A DNA stretch of 64,000 nucleotides from the NCBI GenBank assembly GCA_973895155.1, contig OZ316894.1:6182368-6246367 (forward strand), written 5' to 3'. Below, in pieces: positions 36,350-49,540 of the stretch. This stretch comes from Marsupella aquatica. Taxonomy: Eukaryota > Plantae > Marchantiophyta. Every line of letters starts with the position of its first letter. Position 1 is the stretch's first letter. The notes under the pieces are model-generated. The model was not told where the DNA came from, did not search any database, and was given only the letters and a program-made list of their open reading frames with translations. A program made the translations under genes and the position numbers.

Positions 36350-36860
36350 ACTTCAAAAGCCAAGAAACTTACAATGGAGTAAAAGCAAAAGGGCTAGAGA
36401 GGGGACCACTGATCCCACGGGGAACAAGGGTGGATAGGAGCAGGCCCAAAAGCAAGAGAACGGGACCAAGTTACTAAAATTGGTCCCCAAACAAGTACAA
36501 TGGAGTGAAAAGCGCAAGAAAGCTGGACAGGACAAATACTAAACTCAAAAGATGAGGGCAAATGCAAACCCCAAAAACCTAGAACGAAGAAAAGCTGGAA
36601 ACTAGACCAATTTACTGAAAATAGCCAATTAGAGTACAATGGAGTAGGAGCAAAAGAGGACAGAGAGAGAGAGATAGCAAAGACAAACCCCCAAAACCCA
36701 TAAAGAAAAAACAACTCAAGAGAAGACCATTTTACTAAAGGGGGCCAAACGAAAGTACAATGGACTAAAACGAAACAAGGTGTGGAGAAGAGAACCACTA
36801 AAACTGAAACGAAGAATGCAAATGCGAACCCCTAAAATCTCAAAAGAAGAGAAACTCCAA
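36350..36860. repeat. Degenerate 120-140 bp purine-rich tandem repeat
   Basis: tacaatgga(g/c)t recurs near 36370, 36495, 36635 and 36755, with gacca..ttact and aaacccc motifs. Confidence 0.65.
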
Positions 36861-37276
36861 AGGAGACTCCTATCACAGGAAAACGTCACAACCTAAATTT
36901 CTGCCACTATGGTACAATACTCTAGAGCAGGTCAAAGAGGTCATTTTGGGTCTATCATTGTAAACTTCTTTATTTTTAAGGTCCTAACTCTCAAAGCATC
37001 ACATGTTACCCTCCGTAATGATAAGATGGGGATTTGATCAAGATATTGTTGTGGACTGCCATTTGGTCCTCCCTAATTTTTTTCTTAAAAGAAAACTATG
37101 CTTTCAAAGAAAAATAGAAAAATAAGCATAGATGGACAACAACATTTGTCAAACAACTGGAATGGACCACTGCAACTTGGATAGACCAATTTTTCAAACA
37201 TTTCTTTGAACTCAAATAGCATCATTGCCTTGTATAGTTGAAGGGCGTCCATTTTTCAGTTCATTTATAATATTTA

Positions 37277-37635
37277 TGAGCCCTATGCCTGTGCATCGCA
37301 AGGGCGCAATGAGGGCCAACCCATAGGGAGTCGGGCGGGAGGCGAGAGGCAGGGGCAAGCACATCAGGACCGAGGGGAGGGCGAGGCAGGTGTCAGGGTG
37401 AGGCATCGTGAGGGCCAGCAAGGCATCGTGAGCATTGATGTCCTTATACGTATATCGCAAGGGGGGTCCATAATGAAGACACGGGCGTGGGAGGTCTCGC
37501 CAAAGAGGGCAAGTGCTAATCAAAGGGATAAATAATCCTCTAAAACTTCTAACAGCCAATTTTGATTCCCGCCGATTCTGATTTCATAACGGGACAAAGA
37601 ACAAAAAAAGCAAGATCACTTATTATAGTTGTAGA
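37277..37635 (-). mobile_element. Short non-autonomous Helitron-like copy, same family as 22355-23156
   Basis: Minus strand reads A|TCTACAACTATAATA...gtcccgtta...gcgggaatcaaaattg at the 5' end and gcccttgcgatgcacaggcatagggCTCA|T at the 3' end. Confidence 0.72.
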
Positions 37636-38675
37636 TGATGATTTCTGTGCCCATAAGAAATGGAGCAAATGTTCGCAATTTTTTTGAAAACTTAGTCAAG
37701 TAACAAAATTGGACACCCAATTGGACATCATGAAAAAAATCTCCAAATAAATAAATGGGCAGTTGTGTCAAAGACCAACAATTGACGGTTTGTCAAGCAT
37801 CCTTTCAAAAATAGCCAATCACTTTTTTTTGTGGTGTAGGTTGGCTTGTAACTTTATCGAGGGCCAGGGATGGGCGTAACACCCTCTCGGCTAATCTGGG
37901 CTTGTTGTCGAAAAGTATGCTTCAATCCAATAAATTGACAAATATATCAAAGACCAACAATTTAGAGTTGGTCTAGCATCCTTCCAAAAATAGCCAACCA
38001 TTTGTTTTGGGGGTGTACGTTGGCTGGTGACTTTTATCCTCTGAGCAAGTGGTCCCCTGAAAAAGGTGCGGCGAAATGAACGTTTTTTGGTCGGTCCGTC
38101 CCTGCGCAATGGTATGGTAAGCTTTTCTCGTGGGTACCCACCAAAGGACCAAATGTTCAGGTAAACTGCATCCACAGTGGAACATCAAATAGAGTAAAGC
38201 AGATTATGCAGAGAGAGGATCGTATTCTCAAGTGGAAAGGCACGTGGTCGCAGAATCCTGCAGCTTGTTTTTTTATTGTTAATCATCATGGTCGGTGAGC
38301 GCCGAAGGGGACAATTTACGATTAATAATCTGGCACTGGATCAGTGGATCTCCAAACCATTATATATAGTAATAGTAAAGTATTGGTTACTTCGAGGGTG
38401 TTGGCTTGAGTTTGGAGGGGAGGGGTTGTTATCATTTGCAATTTTTGGTGACAAGACCTTAATAGGCCTAAAAGTCTAAGATATTTTTATTTTTATTGAC
38501 TAATGTAGAGCCAGTAGAGCATAAATTTCTTAATGGGATGATACAAATTTTGACTGTGCATTTTCTCCATATATACACTCAAAATTACAGAAATAGAAGT
38601 TACAAGGGCATTTAGTATATAGCAAGGGCCTGGAAACGGCCTTTGTATGCCACAATACCCCCCAAAATGAGGGCC

Positions 38676-41081
38676 ATATAGCATTTTCATCATGGAACAT
38701 GCCTCTTTTTTTTGGTCTTGTAATGATATGTAATTCATAAAAGAGTACATGTAAGTACATGACAATAAATTAATATTTGTTAATTAAGAGTGAGTGACAT
38801 AGTACACATGCAAAGAAAAACACATTATGACCAAGAAAGTACAAAGAGTTGTGCACGTACACTACATATTTTCACTTGCTTTTAGATAATGACAACAAAC
38901 TCAATTAAAATCTTAAATTTTGTAAAGTAAACCATGAGTGTAACTTAGTACACCAAATGTGCACATTGTTCAAATTCATTTCTCTCACTCTCATGAGAAA
39001 GAAAATAATTCACTAAGGAGTGATTGAGAAAGGAAAATTAACCATTTATGAGGGGAGCCAAATACATTCAAAATACTCTAATTTCACTAAAATGAAAAGG
39101 GGTCCATAAGTTAATTCAATATCAAATTAATACAAATTATTCACCTTGTTCAGGCACAATAAAATTAAAATACTGAACACAAAATCTGAGTAAGACAAAA
39201 TTTGAAAGGTGGATTCACCATAATAGCAGTTTCATTTTGGGCCATAGATCAAGTTTTGAGGGGCTACTAGCTTGAGTCCTAGAAACAGAAAGTTAGTACA
39301 TTAAGGGCCTAAGAGATTCTTAATTTTTACTATCTCTAGTAACATTAAACAAGAAGTTAAATAATGCTCCCATCCAAATCTGGATTGTGCATTCTCTTCC
39401 ATAAGAGCAGCTAAAATTGCAAAGAGAAAAACAAAGGGCATCAAGCACTTGCAGAGTGACTGACCTATTGGGTTTACTCTGGAGCTTTACTGGGTTTTCA
39501 GTTTGCTTCTTACTGGGGTTTCAGTCCCTTTGTTGTTGGAGGGACTCTTGGGTTTTTGGCTCTTTGCATGGTCTTAGGGAGTTTTCCCTTGTATTTTCTC
39601 TTTCACTGGGACTGTGGCCTCTCAGACCTATCTACCAGTTTGGCCCCAAACACTGCCCCAAAATGTTCTTTGTATGAAAGTCATATATTTTTACTCAAAA
39701 TTCATGCCAGGTTTGCCACCACTGATAGTTTGGTCACATGAACTGAATGAACACTCTAGTGAAAAATGCCCCCCATGTCCTATACCATCAGCTGTGTGTT
39801 TTTGGGACAAAAATACTAACCATCGCTACCTAAATATGGGTGTATCCACATGCAGTAGTCCCACAACTGGACCTAGTTTTGTTAGTCATCTCATTTTAAA
39901 TGTTTGTCTCCGTCCCATTTCCATGGGTCCAATAGGCTTAAGAATCCTATTTGAGAAAACCATTTGGGATGGAGATCCCATCCGATCTTGTACAGGAGGA
40001 CAGCTTACTCTCCACATTCCATTAAAAAAGCAGGTTCTTTTTGCCTTAATTGGGATCCATAGTGCACACTTCAAGAATGAAATTCCATTCATTTCAAGTT
40101 CCCCCCTCCTCTCTTTGACCAATTTGACTCGGCACTCATTTCTCTATAAGTGCTATTCGGGATGGCTGTTCACTTCATGGATTTTCTGTCACAATAATTT
40201 GAAAGGCCAGAAATTGAAGTGGTCCAAGGGACCATTTGAAAATCTAACTAGTCTCCTTGATCTGTGGAGAATCTAGTGATAAACTGTTGATATGTGTAGT
40301 ACTTGAGTTGTGGAGAATCTAATATATGTCCACTGGAGCTATCGAGAATCATGGATTTTCTGTCACAATAATTTGAAAGGCCAGAAATTGAAGTGGTTCA
40401 AGGGTCCATTTGAAAATCTAACTAGTTTCCTTGATCTGTGGAGAATCTAGTGATAAACTGTTGATATGTGTAGTACTTGAGCTGTGGAGAATCTAAGTTA
40501 TGTCTACTCGAGCTATCAAGAATCTACAGTTGATATGTCTATTGAAAGAAACATGAAACTGCTCAAATTTTGTGTCCAATGTGACTTAACAAGGTGCAAT
40601 TTGCATTAATTTGATTTTGAATTAACTTTTGGACCCCTTTTAAATTTAGTGAACTTAGAGTTTATAAATGTTTAATCTTTACTTTTCAATCACTCGATGA
40701 ATTCTTTTTTTTCATGAGGGTGAGAGAAGTGAATTTGAACAATGTGCACATTCTATGTACTAAGTTCCCCTCATGGTTTTCTTTACAAAACTTATGGTTT
40801 AAATCGAGTTAGCTGTCATTACCTAGAAGCAAGTGCAAATGTGTACTATATGTGCACAACTCTCCGTACTTTCTTGGTCATAATGTGTTTTTCTTTACAT
40901 GTGTACTTATGGCTTTGTGTGTTATGTCACTCACTTTTATTTAAGAGATATTATTTTTTTGGCATATACTTTACATGCATTTATTTTTTTATCACAAATA
41001 AATTAAATGAATTACATATCACTACAAGACAAAAAAGAGGCATGTTCCAAAGAGGCATGTTCCAGGATGAACATGCTATAT
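38676..41081. mobile_element. Element bounded by about 550-bp inverted repeats (foldback/MULE-like, or two inverted copies of one repeat)
   Basis: About 38676-39240 is the diverged reverse complement of about 40550-41081, for example cattatgaccaagaaagtac/gtactttcttggtcataatg and aatgtgcacattgttcaaattca/tgaatttgaacaatgtgcacatt. Confidence 0.8.
40174..40525. repeat. About 175-bp tandem duplication inside the inverted-repeat element
   Basis: tcatggattttctgtcacaataatttgaaaggcc...gagctatc.agaatc present twice. Confidence 0.92.
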
Positions 41082-42251
41082 CTACTGATAGACCTTTTTA
41101 CTTCCTTGGCTGGAATATAAGCAAATTTTTGTCCTTATCATGTAGTCCAACCTATACAGTCAGATTAAAGTCGCCCTCTCTATTTTACCAATATGAACAC
41201 ATTTGGGAGAGTACAGGAAAAAGATGGGGTAAGATGGTACAAAATAGAGCCCAAGGTAGGGAAGAATATTCCTTCAGTCTTGTAACCAAAGCGTGCTAGC
41301 AAATTCCGCGGCAGGGTCCACAAGAGGAAGATTTGTCCAGTATTCTTGTCACCAAAGTGTGCTAACCAGGTCACAAGGAGGAGGAAGATTTGTTCAGTCT
41401 CTTGTGACCAAAGCATGTCAACAAGGTCTGCACTTTGGTCACAACAAAAGTAGGTGAATCTTCCTTCCTCTCTCCTCCTTCGCTACCACACTGAGCTATC
41501 ACACTCACCCTCCCTCGGACATGCTCGACTTGATACCGTCGTCACCTGATATGTCCCTGTTTATACTTGTATCGATCTGGCCATCATATTCTAGACTACT
41601 CTAACCCCCTACACATGTACAGAATGTAGCCAACTAGGGTTCAATGCTAGGACTTCACTTTGTCATCAATGAGCTATATCAAACCTGCTATACTCTCCGA
41701 ATCCTAATTTAATGCAAACCAAGATACCTAGAGAGGCATGACTTGTGGTAGTTTACTTGAGTAGAGACCGATAGGTCTTGGGTTCAACTATTGTGTTTGA
41801 CTCTTCCCTTTCAGTGGGGTTTCACAGATTTCTCTTTAAAAAATCAATTTAAAAATAAAAATAAAAAAGAAGATGAATGGATTTGAGGCCTGAAAAGAAT
41901 TGAGGGCAATCTATCTATCTATATTCTATAAGAATAAAATGACAATCAAAAGTTACTCCCCGGCCCCCTAGAGTGGACCTCTACTATAGAGAGAGTCACA
42001 AAACCCAACTTGAGGGTACAGGCAGAAAGGAGACACAGATGGGGCCAGGAGGAAACAGGAATACTAAATGGACACGTTTTTTGGCAAGGTTATCTAAGCT
42101 CTAGGAATATTAAGTTCACCCATATGTACTCTCAGAGAATGTTGTACACTATAATCATCCGAAAAGATATTGCAATATTGTCTCAAAGCATAGACAGACA
42201 TGCGGTGGAGTATAACGTGGCGCACAATGGAGTACACTGGGAAATGCACAG

Positions 42252-42400
42252 GGACCATGCAATTAGACACTACATAAGAACTATATGTACAAAACCTATA
42301 TTGGCGGACCATGCATGAGACACTACATAAGAACTATATGTACTAAACCTATATTGGGGGACCATGCAATGACACACTACATAAGAACTATATGTAGGAA
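42252..42400. repeat. About 53-bp tandem repeat, three copies
   Basis: ggaccatgca..acactacataagaactatatgta repeated three times. Confidence 0.9.
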
Positions 42401-43695
42401 ACCAGGTACGAAACCTATAGTGGTGGTCTTGTTTGTAACAAAAAAATTCTAGGGGCCCTAGTTTGTCACAAAAGTTTTACAGGAGCCTATCAAGTAAATT
42501 TGTTTGCCAAGTGTCCCATCAAGCATATATCTCCTACTCACACTAGTAACAAAGATAGCGAGCCCAACCACGGTATATGTAAGTAACCACATGCAATAAC
42601 ATAGAAAAGGTCTGCAATTCTATGAGTAATATTTATTTATTTTTCTCAGCATATTTTACATTTCATGGCTACACCCAGGTACCACGGTAGACACAAAACC
42701 GCCGACCAGGCCCACTCAGTATCCTGTATCCACTTCGGATATAGTACACATCATTGAATTCATACCCAAAACGCGCTGTCCCTCGTTTATTTATCCCCAA
42801 ACACGACATGACGCGTCTGCTGCAATTCCAAACTGTCACCGACAGTTTGGGCGGGCCCACGGACCAACTAAACACTGACCCCTCCGGATAACGTGCACAT
42901 CGTTCAATTGAAGCCCCAAACACGCATCGACCCGTCCATTCTTCTCCAGACACGATTCAGCTGGTCTGCTGCAACTCCAAACTCGCTTCAACAGTTTGGG
43001 TGGAGATCTGGACCAATGAAACATCGACGCTCAGGATCAAGTGGAAATCATCACATTCATGCACCAAACAGACACGGTCGTGTCTCCCTCTCCTCAAACA
43101 ATTCCTGCCATGTCTCGTTTTCCCCAAACATGTTTTTTTCGTGTCTGCTTATCGAGAAAAACGACGAAAGTAGCCTGCCGTGTGAACAGTTTGGGCTCTG
43201 GACCAGGTGATTGTCGCCAGCTCGAGTACTGTAGATCTCTCCGCCGTTAGCCCGTTAGCCTTTACCCCTCTGCAAATGAAAGAGTCAGTTTTCTGCCACT
43301 TCAGCTGGTCGTCGTGTCACTTAAAAGTCAGCTGATCGAGATCGAGGGACTGAGGGGGAGAGGGGGAGAGAGGGGCCAGAGGGAGAGAGAGATATAATAT
43401 CAGCAAATCGAGGGAGTGACGGAGCACTTAGCAGGATCGAGAGTGGCAGTGATGCATTCTGGTGGATCGAGCTGGACAGACCTGTAGTTTGTTTTGGGCG
43501 GATCGAGAGTGGCAGTCAATTCGATAGTGGACTTTGGCGGATCGAGGAGTGACGCAGCGTTCTGCTGGATCGGGAGAGAGAGAGAGAGAGAGTTAGTAAA
43601 GCATCGAGAGAGGGAGTCGATTTTGGAGGATTGGATTGGGAGGGAGCTGGCCGCAAATAGAGGAAGAAGGAAGGAAGGAAGGAAGGACGGTGGCT

Positions 43696-46600
43696 ATGAG
43701 TCAAGCGCAAGCGAAGATGAGTTCCAAAGGTTCCAAAAGTTCCAAAAGTCCCGACTCGTTTAGCATTCTCGGGTGCTTCAAGAGGACGTTCAAGTCGGGG
43801 CAGCTTGTTGCGCCTCCGGGTGTGGAGGAGGTCTTCCGCAAGTATGCGGAGAACGATGTCATTGTCCCCGCGAAGTTTAAAGAGTTTCTGAACGCAGAGC
43901 AAGGTGAAACCGAGGTTACCTTGGAGGATGCCGAGAAGATCATCAATGACCAGATGGCTCACGAGAAGACGATATTGACGAAAGCGAAGCACTCCTTCAC
44001 GTTGGATGCATTCCTTCAGTACCTTCTCGACCCGGTTGTCAACATTGCTTACTTAAACAAGGTGAGACGAAACTAGACGCGTCAATTTGTCCGTTTCTCA
44101 TGTCCCGAGTAAGGCATGAATTAGAGTGGAGCCAATCCAGTACTTCACGGTGAATTCTAGCCCACTATTGTGGCTGCGGTAGTCGGCAGATCGGTGTAGA
44201 TTGACTTGTGTGTTCCAACAATGCGTGATTCTATAAAGCTGTCAAGAGTGTATATGGCGGATGTTTAGAGGTACAATCTGGGGCGTCCCAGATGACAGCT
44301 TCCATTCGATTGAAGTTGCTTTAATTGCAATGTCGGAATAGTTCTGCAGAGACGAGTGATAGCCGCCGAGCCTAATTGGAAGAACAGGTTGAATGTTTTG
44401 CTCCTTTCAATGCTGTATTTGTTAACCCTCCTAACAGACAGTACTTTCTCTGCAATTCCACAGCTGCATCAAGACATGACTTTGCCGGCGTCTCATTATT
44501 ACGTCTACACTGGTCACAATTCGTACTTGACTGGTAATCAGCTAAGTAGTGACTGCAGCGACAAACCTATCATTGACGCCCTGAAGAGAGGTGTTAGAGT
44601 TATCGAGCTGGACTTGTGGCCAAGCAAGAGCAATAAAAGTGAAATTAGTGTTCTCCATGGCGGGTATTGAATTCTCAAGTTTTCAATTCTCCGTTTCTGT
44701 TCCTATGAAGGAATTTCATTTTCACTTGGAAAACATTCAGTGGCCCATTTTCTGGGGGATGGGTCTTCTAGTAGTTTTTACAGGGTGGGAATTCATGTGG
44801 TTCTCGTTATGGCAATTTCAATATTTACTGCTGTTGTTGGATTATTCCAATTCACGAGCTTCAAAAGTTAATTGATGAGCATGGCGAATGCTTCTGTGGT
44901 TTTGTTTTCAAAAACTAACTTCGTGTCAAATTCTTGAGTATGCAGGACTATGACTTCTCCGGTGCCTTTTGAGACATGCATAGTTGCTATTCGTGATAAT
45001 GCATTCGTAGCCTCCCCGTACCCTGTTGTCATCACCTTTGAAGATCATCTCACACCAGCTTTGCAAGCTTCAGCAGCCAACGTAGGGCCCTGCTTGCTTT
45101 TGTATCCTGATTTTTATACCTTCATTAAGTGCATGTCACCAAAGTGACAGTTGATTTACTCCTTTTGTACACTGTAGGAGAATTTTCACGACACTGTGCT
45201 GTTTTGATGGACAGATAACGACGCGAGTGTTAGGAAACATCTTGTATATTCCTGAGGAGAATGAGACGTTCACTGAGTTCGCTTCACCAGAATCAATGAA
45301 AGGCCGTATTTTAATCTCCACAAAGCCGCCCTCAGAGTACTTGAAGGGGAAGAAAGAGAAGGATGCGGTGGTCGAAACGGTGGGGAAGGCGGAGGGTGTT
45401 GCGGCCGAGAAGCCAAAACAAGCGAAAGCAGGTTCCAAGCCAAAGCCACCTACAACGGCAGATAATGACTGGGGGGAAGAACTTGAGGCCTATGGTGCCT
45501 CTGGACAAGCTGATCTGTCCGCAGAACAATCTGATGAAGAGGTGGACGACGAAGGTCAGATAGATCACGTTTCTCATCCCGAGTATAAGAGGATTATTGC
45601 TATACGTGCTGGAAAACCCAAAGGCGGTACACTGATTGATGCTTTGAAAGTTGATGAATTCGTGAAGCGCGTGAGCCTCAGTGAGCCTCAGTTGGAGAAG
45701 GTGGCCGAGAAAAAACCATCTGCGTTGATTGAGTGAGTATGCACTCTTGAGTTCACGGTGCAAACCACATCATTCGTTAGAGCAAATTTCTGGTGTTTCC
45801 CGGAAGCCCCAAATCGTTTGGTTAACGAAACGTATGCGATATTTTCTTATTTAGCGTTTTCTTTTTGGGTGAGTTTCCTTTGTCGTCCAGTTTCCGAGCT
45901 GCAAACTATCTCCTCACTGCTGGTCTCTTACCTGTTTATTTAATTTCACGTTCGCAGGTTCACAGAGCGAAATTTGTTGAGAATCTATCCATATGGGCTT
46001 CGATTCAATTCTTCTAACTACAACCCACTTATAGCCTGGTCTCATGGAGCACAGATGGTTGCCTTCAATATGCAGGTATCGCCTCGTATGTACCTATGCT
46101 CTGCAATTCTCATAAATGTTCCGCTTGAAATTGCTGGTTGAGGTGTAGAGGCTAATGCTTGATTTTAAATGGCTCAAAAAGCAGGTAGCATACATAGCAC
46201 ACTTTTAGAATGGACAATGGGCGAGCAATTGCGGGAGCCAATATAGGGACAATCATCAAGCCTGTAGTTAGCGTGGACGGTGGATGTTTTTCTTTATGAT
46301 CACTTTCCAAGACTTACCGAAGCCACATTCGTTGTACCATGGAAAATCGATTAAAATCTAGTATAATGAAGCAGGAGAAATTTGTTGAGAAATCTCGATC
46401 TAAAGGCGGATGTAGTGCATCAATGGTAGAATTGACTTCTGAAAGCTTGTGGGGATGTACGAAATGGTTGCTACTGCTGTCACTGTGCGAGGTTTTCTCT
46501 AAATTCCACATTTCATTTCGAAAGAGTTCTGAGGGCTTACGTGCAGAATGGGTTAACTTGCCTCACTGCAGGGGTATGGTCGACCACTGTGGTTGGTCCA

Positions 46601-47535
46601 TGGCTTCTTTCGAGCAAATGGAGGCAGTGGATATGTCAAGAAACCAGATTTCCTTTTTCCGTCTGCGAATAAAATTAAGTTTGCTCCTTTGACGAAGGAG
46701 CTGCCACCCAAAATGAGATTGCGGGTACTCGTTTTGATCACTGTCATTTTCAAATTTCTGGTCAGGATGTTGCTGCTTTTCTGTATCTAATTAATGAAGA
46801 CTCGTGATTTTTCGGAAAATTCTGTTTCATGAGTACAATTGTCTTATATTCGGAGTCATCCAATTACCCAGGTAAAAGTGATAATGGGCCTTGGCTGGTT
46901 GGAGAAGTTTGGCAAACATTTCTTCGACACCTATTCTCCACCTGACTTCTACACCAGGGTAAGAGACTACTAGCCGGGAATTCTAAGCTTAGCGTATGCT
47001 ATTACAGATACTGACGTGGTTATAGTAAGTATCGGGTGGACTCGTTGTGTTTAATGGTTGAAGTAGCTGATGGCTTCAAATGGCTTTGGTTGGTCAAATT
47101 TCGAGCTGTCTCTGCACGCTTCAGCTGGAGAAGGCAAAGATGTTCTTCCTCTTTTTTTCAAGTGTATGCATTGGATAGTTCCTGACGTCTGATCTTTTAT
47201 ATGGAATTTTGGAATGATTGCGTGTTTTATAGGTTGGAATAGCGGGAGTTCCGGCTGACGCAATCATGAAGAAGACGGACGCTATTGAAGATGAATGGAT
47301 TCCGAAGTGGGAGAAGGAGTTCGAGTTCCCTATCAGGGTGCCGGAGCTGGCCTTGTTGCGGGTGGAAGTGCACGAGTATGACATGACGGAGAAAGATGAC
47401 TTCGGTGGCCAAACCTGCCTGCCTGTTTCGGAGATCAAACCTGGATATCGTTGTATCCCTCTTATGGACAAGAAGGGCCGTGTATTGGAAGGCGTCCGGT
47501 TACTTTTGCAATTCACCATTCTCCCACCCTCGTAA
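43696..47535 (+). CDS. PLC: Phosphoinositide-specific phospholipase C (EF-hand-like, X, Y, C2 domains)
   Basis: Exons 43696-44061, 44464-44663, 44946-45081, 45215-45732, 45958-46075, 46572-46724, 46872-46958, 47233-47535. Motifs: [89 protein letters not shown]. Confidence 0.97.
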
Positions 47536-48659
47536 GAATTGTTCCCCTGACAATTAAGCTGGGACTACATATTGTAGAAGCAAGGGTTTACAGCCTGCTT
47601 GTCAAAACTGCCTACCAGCGCGGTTCAATCGTGGCAAGAACGGTTGGCTGGTGGAGCGCCTGTAAGTAGAGCATAGATTTCAGCAGCAGAAAGTTCTAGA
47701 CGAGCTTAAACACTCAATGAACGTGTAAGTGGAGCATAGATATCAGCAGCAGGAACAACTAGTAGAGCTTAAATCCTCAATGGAACTGGTCTTCGACGAG
47801 GAAAGAGTTAGTTCCGAGATCCGCAAGTTTTACAGCTGGTTATTAGTGGTGATGGGGTTGGACTCGATTGGGTGGGTGCTGGGGCATGCCCATGTTCCTC
47901 GGTTACTGGATTGAAACCAGCCATGAGGTTCTCTCTTCCATCCAAGCGACCTTTATCATGAACTCAGCAAATACACCTTAAGGCTGCAGTCTGAACGGAC
48001 AGACGAATTGTGAGAAAGGAAACTTGTAGGAATGTACTCTTAAATTGACAAGGACACATCACAACGGTGAGCGTCTTCCATACATGGGGACGGTTAGTCG
48101 ACTTCTATTGATTCCTCTCCGCGGAGTTGATGTCTGTCTAATTCGGCTTTGAGCCCTGTACTGTACCTGGGGTCTCTGTAACTGCACATCAAAATATGAC
48201 ATATACTATGTACGACACCCCTGCATACAGTGATAATACTAGTTTTTTCCTTTCAATCAATGAATGCAGTCACATTTTGAATCACCAGCAGGGCTGTACC
48301 TGGGGGCTGTCCACTCAATAAAGTGGTTCGGTTCATGTTCCTGCTTCCAATGTAGAATGACGAGGTAACGGCCATGTGAAAAACTTCGACGCACAAGGTC
48401 GATTCCAGAGAGCAATCCACTTCATTTACTGCATCAACTCGTGGCTGTGCACTCCTCCATTGAGTGGCACTGCAGTTACTTATGACCAAAGTCATCGTTC
48501 TGAACTGTATGGCTTATTTTAGCGAAAACTATTGATCTCGCTTCCCGAGTGACAGGAGAAACGAAATAGCTTCAGATTTGTGCTTCACGCCAATGACACA
48601 TTTAAGTACCCCACTAATGGCGGTTGTGTAGGAAATGAACCACACTCAAACTGATGAGG

Positions 48660-48890
48660 GATGCAGGCATGAAGGGCTTGTAGAGCACTATGTTGTACAA
48701 GGGAGGTCCTTGGTTCAACTCCTAGCCTGTCCATGCTATTGACAATTCCACCAGGTCCTTGGTTCAACTCCTAGCTGGTCCATGCTATTGACAATTCCAA
48801 CAGGTTTGGCCATGCTATTGACAATTCCAACAGGTCCTTGGTTCAACTCCTAGCTGGTCCATGCTATTGACAATTCCAACAGGTTTGGCC
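48660..48890 (+). mobile_element. tRNA-derived SINE-like head with tandemly reiterated B-box segment
   Basis: gtagagcac (A-box-like), then aggtccttGGTTCAACTCCtagc (T-loop/B-box) three times, interleaved with catgctattgacaattcca. Confidence 0.55.
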
Positions 48891-49309
48891 GTTGGACATG
48901 TTTTCTTCTGTGCTCTATGTCACTCTAAGCAGGATAGTAAAGATAATAGTGCTTTTGCTTGTCTAACCAACTTGCTAAACACACAAACTGTCCTCAGTGC
49001 CGGTTTATCCCTTATTAGGCCCACTTACTCTTCCTTGTCTACTTCTGTCCTAGTTTGTGTACCATATAATCTAGATCAGTCACAATGCTCCATTAGGGCG
49101 TGTCATCGCATAGCCAAAGCTTTGAAATGATGGATGATGGTATTCGGCCGTAAAGTAATGGTCATAACTTTTTCACAAGGTTCTGTAAAAGTTTTTTTTT
49201 TAAATTGTCACCAGCCTCTACAGTGATGGTAATGGCATAAGACCAAGATTCCTCATGACAAAAAATTATGGACTATGAATTTCATAAGCCGTAAATTTTT
49301 GTGTTAGTA

Positions 49310-49540
49310 ACCCATAACTAGGGAGTTAAGGTCCACCAAACTGTCAGCTTGAGACCCTTTATTAAGGGGGTGTCATAGCACTGCCTGAACCAAGGTCTAA
49401 ATCAAGGTCTTATGGCTTTTTGTGTTCATAACCTGTAACTAAGGAGTTAAGGTCAATCAAACTGTCAGCTTGAGACCCTTTATTAAGGGAGTGGCATAGC
49501 ACTGCCTGAACCAAGGTCTAAATAAAGGTCTTATGGCTCC
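49310..49540. repeat. About 120-bp tandem duplication in a region rich in GTCATA/TTATGG motifs (possible DNA-transposon subterminal remnant)
   Basis: ggagttaaggtc...aactgtcagcttgagaccctttattaaggg...aaggtcttatggct present twice. Confidence 0.8.

Noticed and set aside
39614-41299. 220-aa and 185-aa plus-strand ORFs
   Set aside because: They lie in a repeat arm and spacer with non-protein-like composition.
48660-48735. Functional tRNA gene
   Set aside because: Only the T-arm is convincing; D and anticodon arms could not be folded.
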